NCBI GenBank assembly: GCA_050952625.1 | Contig: JBMNLH010000001.1 | Span: 1,056,001 to 1,120,000, forward strand | Source of the DNA: Bacillota bacterium | GTDB lineage: Bacteria; Bacillota; Ch66; Ch109 | Direction: 5' to 3' | DNA length: 64,000 bases | Shown: positions 48,468-59,320 of the stretch, piece after piece | Layout: every line of letters starts with the position of its first letter | How positions within the stretch are numbered: the first letter of the stretch is position 1 | The notes under the pieces: model-generated | Databases searched by the model: none | Told to the model about the DNA's origin: nothing | What the model saw: only the letters and a program-made list of their open reading frames with translations | Made by a program: the position numbers and the translations under genes

Positions 48468-49733
48468 ATGAATAGGAGTAATAGTTCAATGAAGTGCCGG
48501 GTAGTGATTACCGGATTGGGGTTGATTACCCCAATCGGTTCAGGAAAGCAGGCTTTTTGGGAGGCTACCCAACGGGGTGAAGGTGGCGTAGGCCCAGTCA
48601 CCCGGTTTGACGCTAGTAGGTTGTCAACCCGTATTGCTGCTGAGGTCAAAAATTTTGAGGCAACCGATTTTTTGGATCGCAAAACAGCCCGTCGAATGGA
48701 TCGTTTTACCCATTTTGGAGTAGCGGCGGCTCGAATGGCGATAGAAGACGCCCAACTCAAATTGGAGGAGGAGGACCGCCAGCGGATTGGGGTGTGGGTC
48801 GGTTCCGGAATCGGGGGAATAGAGACTTATGATCAACAGCATCGGATCCTGCTAGAGAGGGGACCAGCCCGAGTTAATCCTTTTTTTATTCCGATGCTCA
48901 TCAGCAACATGGCTGGCAGTCAAATTGCCATTGAATTTGGACTTCGCGCTTCCAATTCCTGCATTGTATCGGCCTGTGCTACGGCCACGAACGCTATTGG
49001 TGAGTCGTTGCGCATTTTACAACGGGGAGAGGCTGAGGTGATGCTGGCTGGGGGAACCGAAGCCTCGATCACGGAACTGGCTTTTGCTGGTTTTTGTGCA
49101 ATGCGGGCCATGTCTACCCGTAATGAAGAACCGCAAAAGGCTTCTCGCCCTTTTGATCGAGACCGGGACGGTTTTGTGATGGGAGAAGGAGCCGGGGTGC
49201 TCGTTTTAGAAACCTTGGAGCATGCCCAAAAACGAAACGCGCGCATTTATGCTGAATTAGTCGGTTACGCCACAAATTGTGATGCATTTCATGTCGTTCA
49301 GCCTGATCCCAAAGGGTTGGGGGCGGCCCGGGCCATGCGAGAAGCAATTGAAGACAGTGATTGCCAATTGACAGAAGTGGATTATATTAATGCCCATGGG
49401 ACTAGTACTGACTTGAATGACCAGATGGAAACAGAGGCAATTAAGCAGGTGTTTGGCGAGCAGGCCCGTAAATTGGCTGTAAGTTCTACCAAATCAATGA
49501 CCGGGCATCTTTTAGGTGCTTCCGGGGCTGTCGAGTTGATTGCGTCAACCCTGGCCGTAGTTCATCAATGGTTACCGCCAACAATTAATTACGAAAACCC
49601 AGATCCGGCTTGCGATCTGGATTATGTGCCAAATCAAGGCCGTCCATCCAGGATTCGTTATGCTTTATCAAACTCCTTTGGGTTTGGTGGCCACAATGCA
49701 ACGGTGGTGATTCGAAGGTGGGAGGAAACCTAG
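48468..49733 (+). CDS. fabF: 3-oxoacyl-ACP synthase II
   Basis: VVITGLG, SACAT, NAHGTST, GHLLGA and SFGFGGHN motifs. Confidence 0.97.
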   Translation: MNRSNSSMKCRVVITGLGLITPIGSGKQAFWEATQRGEGGVGPVTRFDASRLSTRIAAEVKNFEATDFLDRKTARRMDRFTHFGVAAARMAIEDAQLKLEEEDRQRIGVWVGSGIGGIETYDQQHRILLERGPARVNPFFIPMLISNMAGSQIAIEFGLRASNSCIVSACATATNAIGESLRILQRGEAEVMLAGGTEASITELAFAGFCAMRAMSTRNEEPQKASRPFDRDRDGFVMGEGAGVLVLETLEHAQKRNARIYAELVGYATNCDAFHVVQPDPKGLGAARAMREAIEDSDCQLTEVDYINAHGTSTDLNDQMETEAIKQVFGEQARKLAVSSTKSMTGHLLGASGAVELIASTLAVVHQWLPPTINYENPDPACDLDYVPNQGRPSRIRYALSNSFGFGGHNATVVIRRWEET

Positions 49734-50608
49734 AATCGGTTGAAGTCATCGCCCTGGTGGGTCCGGCTGGAACCGGCAAAAGCCACCGGGCCTTGGTTTT
49801 AGCACATGAAAAAGACGCCAATTTGATCATTGATGACGGACTTTTAATTAAAGGAAGTCGTATTTTGGCCGGCCGATCGGCTAAGGGAGAAAGACTAGTC
49901 ATTACCGCTACCCGAAGGGCTTTATTCATGGACCCGGAGCATGCTCGGGAAGTGCGGGACCGGCTGGAGATCGAACAACCCTCTCGGTTGTTAATCTTGG
50001 GTATTTCTGAAAACATGGCTTTTCGAATTGCGCATAATCTGGGACTGCCAGCCCCTCAGGAGTTAATTCATATCGAACAACTTGCTTCTAAATCGGAAAT
50101 TCTCACGGCCCGACGCCTGCGGATGACAGAAAAAAAGCATGCTGTCCCAGTGGTTTCCGTTGATGTTACCCGGGATTCAGTGGGTTACCTGGTGGATTCT
50201 TTTACGGTCTTTTTTCGACGGCGCAATGATCGGCGGGTGCTAGGGGAAAATTCAGTGGTTCGGCCGCGCTACAGTATTTTGGGGCGGCTTTCGATAGCCG
50301 ATACAGTGGTCCGGGCACTAGCTGCCCGGGCAGCGACTGAAGCGGCTGAGGTTATAAAGGTACTACGAGTGACGGTTCAAATGATCGGGGGGGCCTTGTT
50401 CCTTGAGGTGTCTGTGGTATTGCCTTATGGGATACAATTGCAACCGATACTGTTAAATATCCAGCGCCGAGTTTATGAACAAGTAACCGATTTATCAGGT
50501 CTGGAGGTCCGTGAGGTTAATGTCGTTTGTGATAAACTATTGATTCCAGACGAGGTTTTAGGTGTTAAAACAAAAAGTCGGGGGTTTTGGAATATTAGAG
50601 GATTCTAA
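49730..50608 (+). CDS. P-loop ATPase fused to an Asp23/Gls24-like domain (start uncertain)
   Basis: [29 protein letters not shown]-terminal [12 protein letters not shown]. Confidence 0.8.
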   Translation, partial: LESVEVIALVGPAGTGKSHRALVLAHEKDANLIIDDGLLIKGSRILAGRSAKGERLVITATRRALFMDPEHAREVRDRLEIEQPSRLLILGISENMAFRIAHNLGLPAPQELIHIEQLASKSEILTARRLRMTEKKHAVPVVSVDVTRDSVGYLVDSFTVFFRRRNDRRVLGENSVVRPRYSILGRLSIADTVVRALAARAATEAAEVIKVLRVTVQMIGGALFLEVSVVLPYGIQLQPILLNIQRRVYEQVTDLSGLEVREVNVVCDKLLIPDEVLGVKTKSRGFWNIRGF

Positions 50609-50735
50609 GGTTTATTTGATCTCTGATAGTAATCAATACCCTAAAGATACAAAGCTTAGATCGATTGATTATGTCATTTTTCAATGGTGCTGTTTAGACG
50701 GCATAAGGATCTATAAAGAAAGGAACGGTATTTTT

Positions 50736-51164
50736 GTGCTTGATATTCAACAGATTCAGAAGATAATACCGCATCGACCACCTTTTTTATTGGTTGACCG
50801 AGTCATTGAGGTAGAACCCGGGGTTAAAGCGATAGGAATTAAAAACGTAACGGTGAATGAACCTTTTTTTCAAGGCCATTTTCCCGGCAACCCGATTATG
50901 CCGGGCGTGCTGATAGTGGAAGCTCTGGCCCAAGTTGGGGCCATTGCCTTATTAACCCAAGAGGAGCACCAGGGAAAGCTGGCTCTATTTGGCGGAATCG
51001 AAAATTTTCGATTCCGCCGGGTAGTTCGTCCCGGCGATCAGCTTCGTTTAGAAGTACAATTGCTTTGGATTCGTCGCGGAATAGGCAAGGGGCGAGCTGT
51101 TGCCCAGGTTGATGATGAACTGGCGGGTGAAGGAGAAATCATGTTTTCGATTAATGCCGGTTAG
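50736..51164 (+). CDS. fabZ: 3-hydroxyacyl-ACP dehydratase
   Basis: [12 protein letters not shown] and [20 protein letters not shown]; GTG 50736 after aagga. Confidence 0.96.
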   Translation: MLDIQQIQKIIPHRPPFLLVDRVIEVEPGVKAIGIKNVTVNEPFFQGHFPGNPIMPGVLIVEALAQVGAIALLTQEEHQGKLALFGGIENFRFRRVVRPGDQLRLEVQLLWIRRGIGKGRAVAQVDDELAGEGEIMFSINAG

Positions 51165-51232
51165 TGGCCGGCTGCTGAAATCAATCCTTGGATTAAGGCC
51201 TGCCCGATGGGGTGAGGTTTTGTTTCATAATC

Positions 51233-51320
51233 AGAAAGAATCAGTGGACTTTCTGTATAGAAGTAAGTGCAGCTAGGGCTTCCGCCTGCACCTAAGGCTT
51301 GGTGCAAGCCAAGTTTTATA
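51233..51320. repeat. Hairpin-rich intergenic element, possibly a MITE
   Basis: agaaag/ctttct, gtgcag/ctgcac and ggcttg/caagcc stems; single copy in window. Confidence 0.35.
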
Positions 51321-51498
51321 TTGTTGTGCTAATGTCAGACGCATGGGATCTTTTAAAATAAATTGATGTCATAAATAGGCAGGAAATCGAGGGAATATGG
51401 AGAAAAGATCTAATAGATTCTATGGATTCGTTATGTTCTGGCATTACATTTGAATGATTACTAGCCCGGCGAGGATTCATTATCTGGCGGAAGGGGAG

Positions 51499-51954
51499 AT
51501 GGGTCTTTTGACCAGGGACTTGGTAACTGAGGCTCGAAATGCAGCCGGGGGTTACTACCGAGCGAACTACAATTGCGCGGAGTCAATAATTCATGGTTTT
51601 AACCAGGTCCTGGACTTAAAGATTGATCCAGAAATGTAGTGAAGATGTTTTCCGGTTATGGCGGCGGATTGGGCCATGCGGGATGTATGTGCGGGGCCCT
51701 CAGCGCCTCCATCGCCATTCTAGGCTACTTCAGGGGCCGGAAGAACCAGTGAGGAAAAAAGAGATGTCATTTACGACCTAGCCAACCGCTTTCATGACTG
51801 TTTTGAAGAAGAGTTCGGGGCCACCTGTTGTCGAGTGCTGAATCCCTACTCGTTCGATACCCCAGAGCATGCTCGGACGTGTTTGAAGATCACCGGCAAT
51901 ACCGCGAAAATACTAATGCAGTTCCTGTTAGCCGAAGGATTGGCTGACGGTTAA
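51499..51954 (+). CDS. C_GCAxxG_C_C family redox protein (two frameshifts)
   Basis: Pieces NCAES, GYGGGLGHAGCMCGALS, FGATCCRVL and CLKITG in successive frames. Confidence 0.8.
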
Positions 51955-52039
51955 CAATTGTCCGAGAAAGGGTTAGCAATTCCGTCATTGACCCAGATTT
52001 ATAGGAGCGATAATTCTAACCAGAAAGGATCGGTGGGCT

Positions 52040-52860
52040 ATGCGGAGTCAGGAAGGCTATGTCGACCTGGGTAACTACCGTCTTTATTATCAGACCTATG
52101 GTGCGGGTTTCCCTATTCTTTTACTGCACGGGGCAAACACCTGTTTACAATTTATGAATCACTCCGCCACGTGGGAGCTGGGAAAGTGGTTGGTTGACCA
52201 AGGGTTTCGTGCTGTGGCCTTTGATCAGCATGGCTCTGGCCGATCTACGCATTTAGAGTGACTTCGCCGCTGGATTACTTCGATAAAAGCGCCGAGGATG
52301 CCGTAAGCGACTGCTTGACCACCTCAAGATCAAGAGCTTTGGGGTTATTGGGGTGAGTGAGGGGGCGACAACGTGGCTCTGAACCTGGCCATCCGTTACC
52401 CGGAGCGCGTAGAATTGGTGGTGGCTGACAGTGGCAGTTATTATGTTGCGAAAAAAAAAAAAAAAAAGAAGAAATGCTGGCCGTCGAGGAGGATCCAGAC
52501 AACGCCTGGCCCGAACCGTGGCAGTGTCTGCTGAATGAGGTGCATGGTGAAGGTTATGCCGCTGAATTACAGGCAGCCCGTCGCAGAACTGCTCGGCCGG
52601 CTTAGCGGAAAACAAGATTGATCTTTTCCAGGGCCGGTTAGCGGAAATCAAGTGTCCTACTTTTTTAGCTGCTTGTACAGGTGATATTTACGGACTAAAT
52701 CGTCAGACCCGGGAAATGGGGGAGATTATTCAAAACGCCAAAGTTAAGATTTTTCGCGGCGGCGACCACCCGGTCATGTGGAACCAAACGGATCAATTTT
52801 CCCTAGAGAGTTAAAGGAGTTTTTATATTCGGATTTTAAAGACTCCGTAAAAGCCTTAAC
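52040..52860 (+). pseudogene. Alpha/beta hydrolase (multiply frameshifted; end approximate)
   Basis: ILLLHG, FDQHGSGRS, GVSEG nucleophile elbow, LAIRYPERV, C-terminal GGDHPV; long poly-A run near 52451. Confidence 0.7.
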
Positions 52861-52931
52861 AAGAAAATAACGATCGTGTTGATCTTCATTCGAACAATGC
52901 AAGTTAACAATTCTTTTGGAGGCTTAGATTC

Positions 52932-55118
52932 TTGGGTAAAACTTTAATTATTACTGAGAAACCCTCCGTTGCCCGGGACATTTCTCGGTGCCTGGGGGGC
53001 TTTTCGTCAAAGCAAGGGTATTATGAATCGGATACTTTTTTGCTCTCCTGGTCATATGGTCACCTGGTCGAGATCGCTGCCCCGGAAATAGAGGGCGGCA
53101 AGTGGACACCAGAGCAACTCCCCCTATTTCCCCAGTTCATCCTGCGGGTGATGGAGCGGGGGCAGGAACAGTTTGCCGTGTCTAAAAGGCCTGATGCACC
53201 AAGCGGAATCCTTGAGTCAACGCCTGTGATGCCGGGCGCGAGGGAGAACTTATTTTTCGGTATCTCTGCCTGGCGGCGGGCTGCCAGAAACCGGTTCAGC
53301 GGCTTTGGATTTCCAGCCTGACCGCGGAATCTATTCGCGCCGGTTTCCAAAATTTATTGAACGGCAAGGACTTTGACAATCTGTACCTGGCTGGGAAATC
53401 CCGCAACGAGGCGGACTGGGTAGTGGGGATTAACGCCACCCGAACTTTTACCATCGTGCAACGAACCCTATTCAGTGTGGGTCGGGTCCAGACACCCACC
53501 TTGGCTTTGTTGGTCCAGAGAGAAAAAGAGATTCGAAATTTTAAGGCCCAGAGCTACTGGGTTGCCCGAGCGGTCTTTGAGAGTAAGCCGGGGCCGGTTC
53601 CGGTCAAGTATATCGGGGGCGAAGAGGGTAAGATCTTAGTCGAAGCAGCAGCAAAAGGGCTTCGGGAGCAGGTGGCCGGCAAACCGGCCGTGGTCGTATC
53701 GAGTTTGAGGACAAAGAAACCGTGGAGCCCCCCGGCCTTGCCCTTTGATCTGACCGCCTTGCAGCAGGAGGGCAACGAACGCTGGGGCTGGACCGCCTCC
53801 CATACCCTGGAAGTGGCTCAGAGTTTATACGAGAAGCGAAAGCTGATCACCTATCCCCGAACCTCCAGCCGCTATGTGACACCGGACTTGGCCAAAACCT
53901 TTAGCCGGCGCTTGCAGGCGATTGGCTGTATGCCAGCGTTTAGCCAGCTAGTGCAAGGCCTGCCTGGCTTTCCCCCGTTTTGCATCACTGCCGCCAACCA
54001 ACCGCAACATTATTAATGAACAAAAGGTCACGGATCATCATGCGATCCTGCCGACGGAATCAATCCCTCCCCCTGGTTTGTCAGGAGACGAAGGCCAGCT
54101 TTATCGATTGGTCGCCAGTTCTTTTTTGGCCTTATTTCTTGCGCCGGCTCGCTGGGCCGAACGTTCGCTAGTGGTCGAGTGTGCCGGCCATCCCTTTGCT
54201 GCTAAGTCTCGACAATTAGAGGAGCCGGGTTGGAAGTCGCTGCATTTGTTTAGTAATAAGACGATTAAGGGCTCAGTCGCCAGCGGCTCGGGAGCAACAG
54301 TTGCTGTCTCAGATACCGTTGATGCGGCCTCGGTTAAGGCTGGTATTCAGGACCCGACTGAAGAGGAAGACCCCGTAGTCTTAATTCCCCAGCTTCTAGT
54401 CGGAGATGCTGGAGTAATCGATCAGGTTGAGTTACGGCAGGAAAAAACCAAACCACCGCGGCGTTATTCTGAATCAGCCTTGCTTTCCGCGATGAAGAAC
54501 GCTGGCCGCCGAGTCGAGGACCCAGAGCTTCCCGGGGGTGATGTGGGGCTGGGCACACCGGCAACCCGGGCGGCGATTGTCGAGCGATTGAAACAAGTTG
54601 GGTATGTTGAGGTTAAAGGCAAGACTTTATATCCGACCCATAAGGGGATGACCCTGTTGGATGTCCTCAATGTGCCAGAGCTGAAAGTGCCGGACCTGAC
54701 CGTGAAGTGGGAGAATGATTTGCGGGAGATTGAAGCCGGCCAAAAGGAGACCCAGGAGTTTTTAACGGAGATTAAAAGTTTTACCCGGCGTCTGGTGGCC
54801 GAGGGGCTTAAGGCGAGCCGGCGAGCGACCTTGCGGCCAGGTGAAGAGTCTTTAGGCAACTGCCCGCTTTGTGGTCAGCCGGTTAGGGAATTGCCGAAGA
54901 GTTACACCTGCCTGGGTAGCCCAGATAGCTGCCGTTTTGTGATTTGGAAAGTGATTTGGGGTAAACAAATAACCCCAGCGCAGGCTAAAAGGATCTTGAA
55001 AAAAGGTGAAAGCATGATCCTCAAGGGATTTGTTAACCGGCCTGGCGAAACCTTTGCTGGTAAACTAAAAATTAATCCCGAGGGAAGGATTATGGTGGAA
55101 CGGGTTAAACAGGAGTAG
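52932..55118 (+). CDS. topB: DNA topoisomerase III (several frameshifts)
   Basis: TEKPSVA, NACDAGREGE, SVGRVQTPTL, LITYPRT, DHHAILPT, GLGTPATRA and C-terminal Zn ribbon across frames. Confidence 0.88.
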
Positions 55119-55274
55119 ATTGATTTCCTGTGAAATACTTCTAAACGGAGTTATTTAGCTATAAAGAAAACTATTATAACGAGCAATAACCACAAACTAT
55201 ATCAGAATGATTGGAAGTATATCTGTACATCGACCTCAGTGTGTAAGTGGTGTAAAGAGTAGCTCATAAAGTAC

Positions 55275-55304
55275 TTGACTCCTGATTTAACTAAGAGTTA
55301 AAAT
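55275..55304 (+). promoter_or_regulatory. Sigma-A promoter of the trpBA leader
   Basis: TTGACT-18nt-TAAAAT. Confidence 0.65.
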
Positions 55305-55384
55305 GAGTTTAGATTAGCTGAGAATTTAATTAACGTAGACCGGGATTTAACAGAATTAATTTAATACTTTTAGTTGACAGTTAA

Positions 55385-55460
55385 GAGCTTAGTTGAGCAT
55401 GATGAGGATAGGAACCCCTATTTGGGGGTGGAGGAGAGACGAGCCGAGAAGTGAGCGTAG
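55385..55460 (+). promoter_or_regulatory. TRAP-type binding site with 11 (G/U)AG triplets
   Basis: GAG ct TAG tt GAG catgat GAG ga TAG [hairpin] GAG ga GAG ac GAG cc GAG aagt GAG cg TAG. Confidence 0.85.
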
Positions 55461-55464
55461 TTTT

Positions 55465-55497
55465 GCGTTCAGACTTGCGGGTCTGGCGCTTTTTTAT
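55465..55497 (+). terminator. Attenuator terminator of the trp leader
   Basis: gcgttcagac-ttgcgg-gtctggcgc followed by tttttt; its 5' arm is shared with an antiterminator at 55449-55476. Confidence 0.8.
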
Positions 55498-55522
55498 TTG
55501 TAGAGAGGAGATGAACTGAGAC

Positions 55523-56720
55523 ATGACTTATCCAGATAAGCGAGGCCGTTATGGTCAATTTGGGGGCCGGTTTGTCCCCGAGACCCTGATGAATGCGGTC
55601 CAAGAATTAGAAAACGAGTACCAGCGGGCCAAGGAAGACCCCGAATTTATTGAGGAATTCAGACGCTATCTGGTTCAATATGCCGGGCGGCCCTCTAATT
55701 TATACCTCGCCCAAAATTTAACCCGGTACTTAGGTGGGCCGAAGATCTATTTAAAACGGGAAGACCTAAACCATACCGGTTCACACAAAATCAATAATGC
55801 CCTGGGTCAGGCCTTATTGGCAGTTAGAATGGGTAAAACTAGGGTGATCGCCGAAACCGGGGCCGGTCAGCACGGGGTAGCCACGGCCACGGTCGCCGCA
55901 CGATTTGGCCTCTCCTGCGTTGTTTACATGGGCGAGGAAGATATAACCCGGCAGTCACTGAATGTGTTTCGCATGCGGCTGCTTGGCGCGGAGGTCCGCT
56001 CGGTTAACCAGTGGCTCCCGGACCTTAAAAGATGCCACCAATGAGGCGATGCGCGATTGGGTGGCCTCAGTTAAGGATACCCATTACATCATTGGTTTCG
56101 GTAGTTGGACCTCATCCATACCCCATGCTGGTCCGTGACTTTCAGCGGGTGATTGGGGATGAAACGCGGGAACAGATCCTGGCAATCGAGGGACGCCTGC
56201 CGGATTATTTGATCGCCTGTGTCGGTGGGGGCAGTAACGCAATGGGTATCTTTTATCCCTTCCTGGAAGAGCCGTCGGTCTCCTTGGTTGGAGTTGAAGC
56301 GGCCGGGGACGGAGTAGAAACTGGTCGTCACGCCGCTTCTTTAGGTCAGGGCTCCCTGGGTGTTTTGCATGGTTCCTTAAGCTATTTACTTCAGGATAAT
56401 GATGGGCAGATTCTGGAGGGCCCTACTCGGTTTCCGCCGGACTAGATTACCCCGGGGTCGGACCAGAACATAGTTATTTAAAAGACCGGGGACGAGCCGC
56501 TTATGAGTCAGTTACGGACCAGGAGGCCTTAGCCGCCTTTGCTCTTCTCTCCCAAGTCGAGGGGATTATTCCCGCTCTGGAAAGTTCTCATGCCTTGGCC
56601 TGGGTTATCCGTAATGCGGCTCGATTCAAGAAGGACCAGATTGTCATTATTAATCTTTCTGGTCGGGGAGATAAAGATGTCGAACAGGTAGCGACCTTGA
56701 TAGGGGGGGGAAGCCAATGA
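55523..56720 (+). CDS. trpB: Tryptophan synthase beta chain (frameshifted)
   Basis: [44 protein letters not shown] and NLSGRGDKD motifs; ATGA overlap with trpA. Confidence 0.93.
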
Positions 56721-57667
56721 GAAGTAAGCAGACCTTTGCCAAACTTAGAGATCAGCGGCAGGCTGGCCTGATTGCTTACCTGATGGCTGGTGATCCGGAC
56801 TTAACAGTTACGGAACAATTAGTCGAGGGTTTAGTTCATGCCGGGGTTGATCTGGTTGAGTTGGGAGTTCCTTTTTCCGATCCAGTGGCTGATGGAGCGG
56901 TGATCCAGAGGGCCGGCCAAAGGGCTTTACAGAATGGCACAAACCTCGAACGGATCCTGGAGTCAGTCAGTTCGTCGGTTACGGGGAGCGGGGGATGACC
57001 GTGCCCTTGCTGCTAATGACCTACTATAACCCAATTTTTCACCGTGGACTAAGGAAGGGCCGCCGAATCGATTGCCAGAGCTGGCGTGGATGGACTGATT
57101 GTGCCGGATCTTCCCTTTGAGGAAAGTGAAGAACTAAACCAGTTACTTGGGGAGAAAGGATTGTCGCTGGTTCATCTGCTGGCTCCAACCAGTGGGGAAC
57201 AACGGATAAAGATGGTGACCGAAAAGGCGAAAGGGTTTATTTACTGCGTTTCTCTCACTGGGGTCACTGGGGAGAGAACGACCCTGCCAAACGAACTGCC
57301 TCAGTTTATCCAAAAAGTTAAAGCGCAGACAGATCAACCGTTGGCGGTCGGTTTTGGTTTGTCCAAACCAGAACAAATGCCCTTAATCGCTTCAATCGCG
57401 GATGCGGCTGTCGTTGGCAGTGCCTTTGTTTCTTTAGTCGAGCAGCACCCAGCCGATCCAGTAACCCCAGTGGTCGGATTGGCTCAGACCTTGAAAGAAG
57501 CTCTTGTTCGTGGGACCCCTGAAAGCGATCGGGATTTAAACAAGAACTGTGTGTTTAAACATTCTGCTTATTTTATAAGCAGAAGGGTGTTTATTTATCT
57601 GTTTTTATGGGGACTGAAATATAACTCCGATCGGATTGCCTCGTCCGAGGTAAATATCTTCTTGTAA
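56717..57667 (+). CDS. trpA: Tryptophan synthase alpha chain (frameshifted; true stop probably near 57520)
   Basis: [40 protein letters not shown] and VVGSA motifs. Confidence 0.92.
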
Positions 57668-58411
57668 GAAAGTCCAACTAAAATCAAGCATCCAATGGCC
57701 ACGGCCGCGGCGATCATTAGCATGACCACAATTTGGTATCGGACTGCTTGCTTTGGATCAACTCCTCCAAGAATTTGTCCAGTCATCATCCCAGGCAGGC
57801 TGACCAATCCTACCACCATTAGCGAATTAATGGTGGGGGTCATGCCAGCGCGGATGGCCTCTTTAACACAATCCCGGATCGCCTCCCAGGGAGTGGCCCC
57901 CAAAACTGAGCAGGGCTTCAACCTCGTTGATCCGGGATCTTACCTCGCGATCAAGTCGATCTAAAGCGAGCGAAATAGCGTTCATTGAATTGCCGAGTAT
58001 CATTCCAAAGATAGGAATAACAATCTGAGCGGAATAAAATGGCTGGGGTGAAATGATTAAGACCACCACAATACTCCCGATAAAAAAAGTACTAACCCAT
58101 AAGGAAATAAAACTTAAAACATTTGAATAGTAGGGAACTTGAGCAACTCTTTTGCCTGCTGTTTGGGCAGCGATTAGGCACATCAAGGAAACAATTAAAA
58201 CGATTAAGCCCGGATTATTCAACTGAAAAACATAACTCAGGACATACCCGATCAATGATAACTGAACAAAGGTCCTGACGGTCCCCCAGAGGAGTGATTT
58301 AAGCAGCCCCAGCCGGAGGAAGGTGGAAATTAGACCAGGAATTAGAATCAAGCCGATGGCTAAAGTTAGTTGCAAATTATTAATTGGAATTTGCCCGCTA
58401 TTGATATCCAT
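57595..58411 (-). CDS. fetB: FetB/YbbM-family ABC permease (frameshift near 57900)
   Basis: RTFVQL..IGYVL, IPIFGMILGNSM, LGAT..EA and GLVSLPGMMTGQILGG..P.QAVRYQI motifs. Confidence 0.88.
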
Positions 58412-58418
58412 GATTTTT

Positions 58419-59072
58419 CTAGCTCCTTGAATCGGATAAATATAGTATGTTAAGGTGGTTAAACCCCTCTAAGTCATCATTGTGCGATACCAGAACAAGT
58501 CCGTGGTGGGGATTAGCCTGCAGCCATTCTTTAATGAAGGTTAAAGCTGTCTGTCTAGACCGAGCATCAAGAGCCGCTGTTGGTTCATCAAGGAGGAGAA
58601 TCGTGGGATTAAAAAGAACGGCCCGTAAGAGAGCCATTCGGGCACATTCACCCCCGGATAAGGTTCGGACATCCTGATCCAACATTTCCGAAGTTAAGAG
58701 CAATTGATCCATCCCTTGTTTCACAGTGGTCAGGGGAAACGATCTATATTTCTTCAACCACCCAAGTTGAAACGGTATTTTTAGGTTTTCCAGAAAAGTT
58801 CCCTGGAAAAGCACCGGCCTTTGGGCGACATAATGAATTTGTCTGCGCCATAGAGCCGGCGATATCGCTTGCCAGTCTGTACCTTCAAGCCAGACCGTTC
58901 CTCCATTGCATCTTTGCAGACGGGCTAATATTTTTAATAAGGTAGTTTTACCAGAGCCGGAAGGCCCTTGAATAGCCAGGACCGAACCCGGCGCAAGCTC
59001 CGCCGAGACTGGGAGCCGTCGAGGCTGATCACCAAACTGGTATTGAATATCGCAAAATTTGAAGAAAGACAA
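58419..59072 (-). CDS. ABC transporter ATP-binding protein (FetA-like)
   Basis: GPSGSGKT, LSGGE and LLLDEPTAALD motifs; partner of fetB. Confidence 0.9.
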   Translation of the reverse strand: MSFFKFCDIQYQFGDQPRRLPVSAELAPGSVLAIQGPSGSGKTTLLKILARLQRCNGGTVWLEGTDWQAISPALWRRQIHYVAQRPVLFQGTFLENLKIPFQLGWLKKYRSFPLTTVKQGMDQLLLTSEMLDQDVRTLSGGECARMALLRAVLFNPTILLLDEPTAALDARSRQTALTFIKEWLQANPHHGLVLVSHNDDLEGFNHLNILYLSDSRS

Positions 59073-59235
59073 AGCACTTCCCCCTATTTCCTTAAGACAT
59101 TCTTATTATAGCTCAACGGATACGATAGACTCTACTTATTGATAAAAAGAATATATAAAGGGATCAAACTTTGATATCTAAATCATTATAAACTTAATAG
59201 ATAAGAACTATCCTTCAAGGTAACATTATCATAGA

Positions 59236-59320
59236 GTGAACTCGTTCAGCTTCGCTGAACATCGAGGCTTCAGATGGAGACTCTACTCCACCCAAAGTTT
59301 AAACAAAGTAACCCCCACTT
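59236..59320 (-). repeat. Repeat family A, copy 5 (reversed, truncated by IS4)
   Basis: gtgaactcgttcagcttcgctgaacatcgaggcttcagatggagactctactccaccc..aaacaaagtaacccccactt, directly followed by the IS end. Confidence 0.9.

Noticed and set aside
52445-52475. Poly-A tract as a phase-variation switch
   Set aside because: The same gene has several other indels, so a long-read homopolymer artefact is more likely; cannot be judged without reads
55311-55500. T-box riboswitch or leader peptide upstream of trpB
   Set aside because: No AAGGTGGTACCGCG-like T-box motif and no Trp-rich leader ORF; the triplet array explains the leader better
4804-59320. Repeat families A and B as CRISPR arrays
   Set aside because: Copies are ~100 bp, kilobases apart and in both orientations, with no repeat-spacer periodicity and no cas genes
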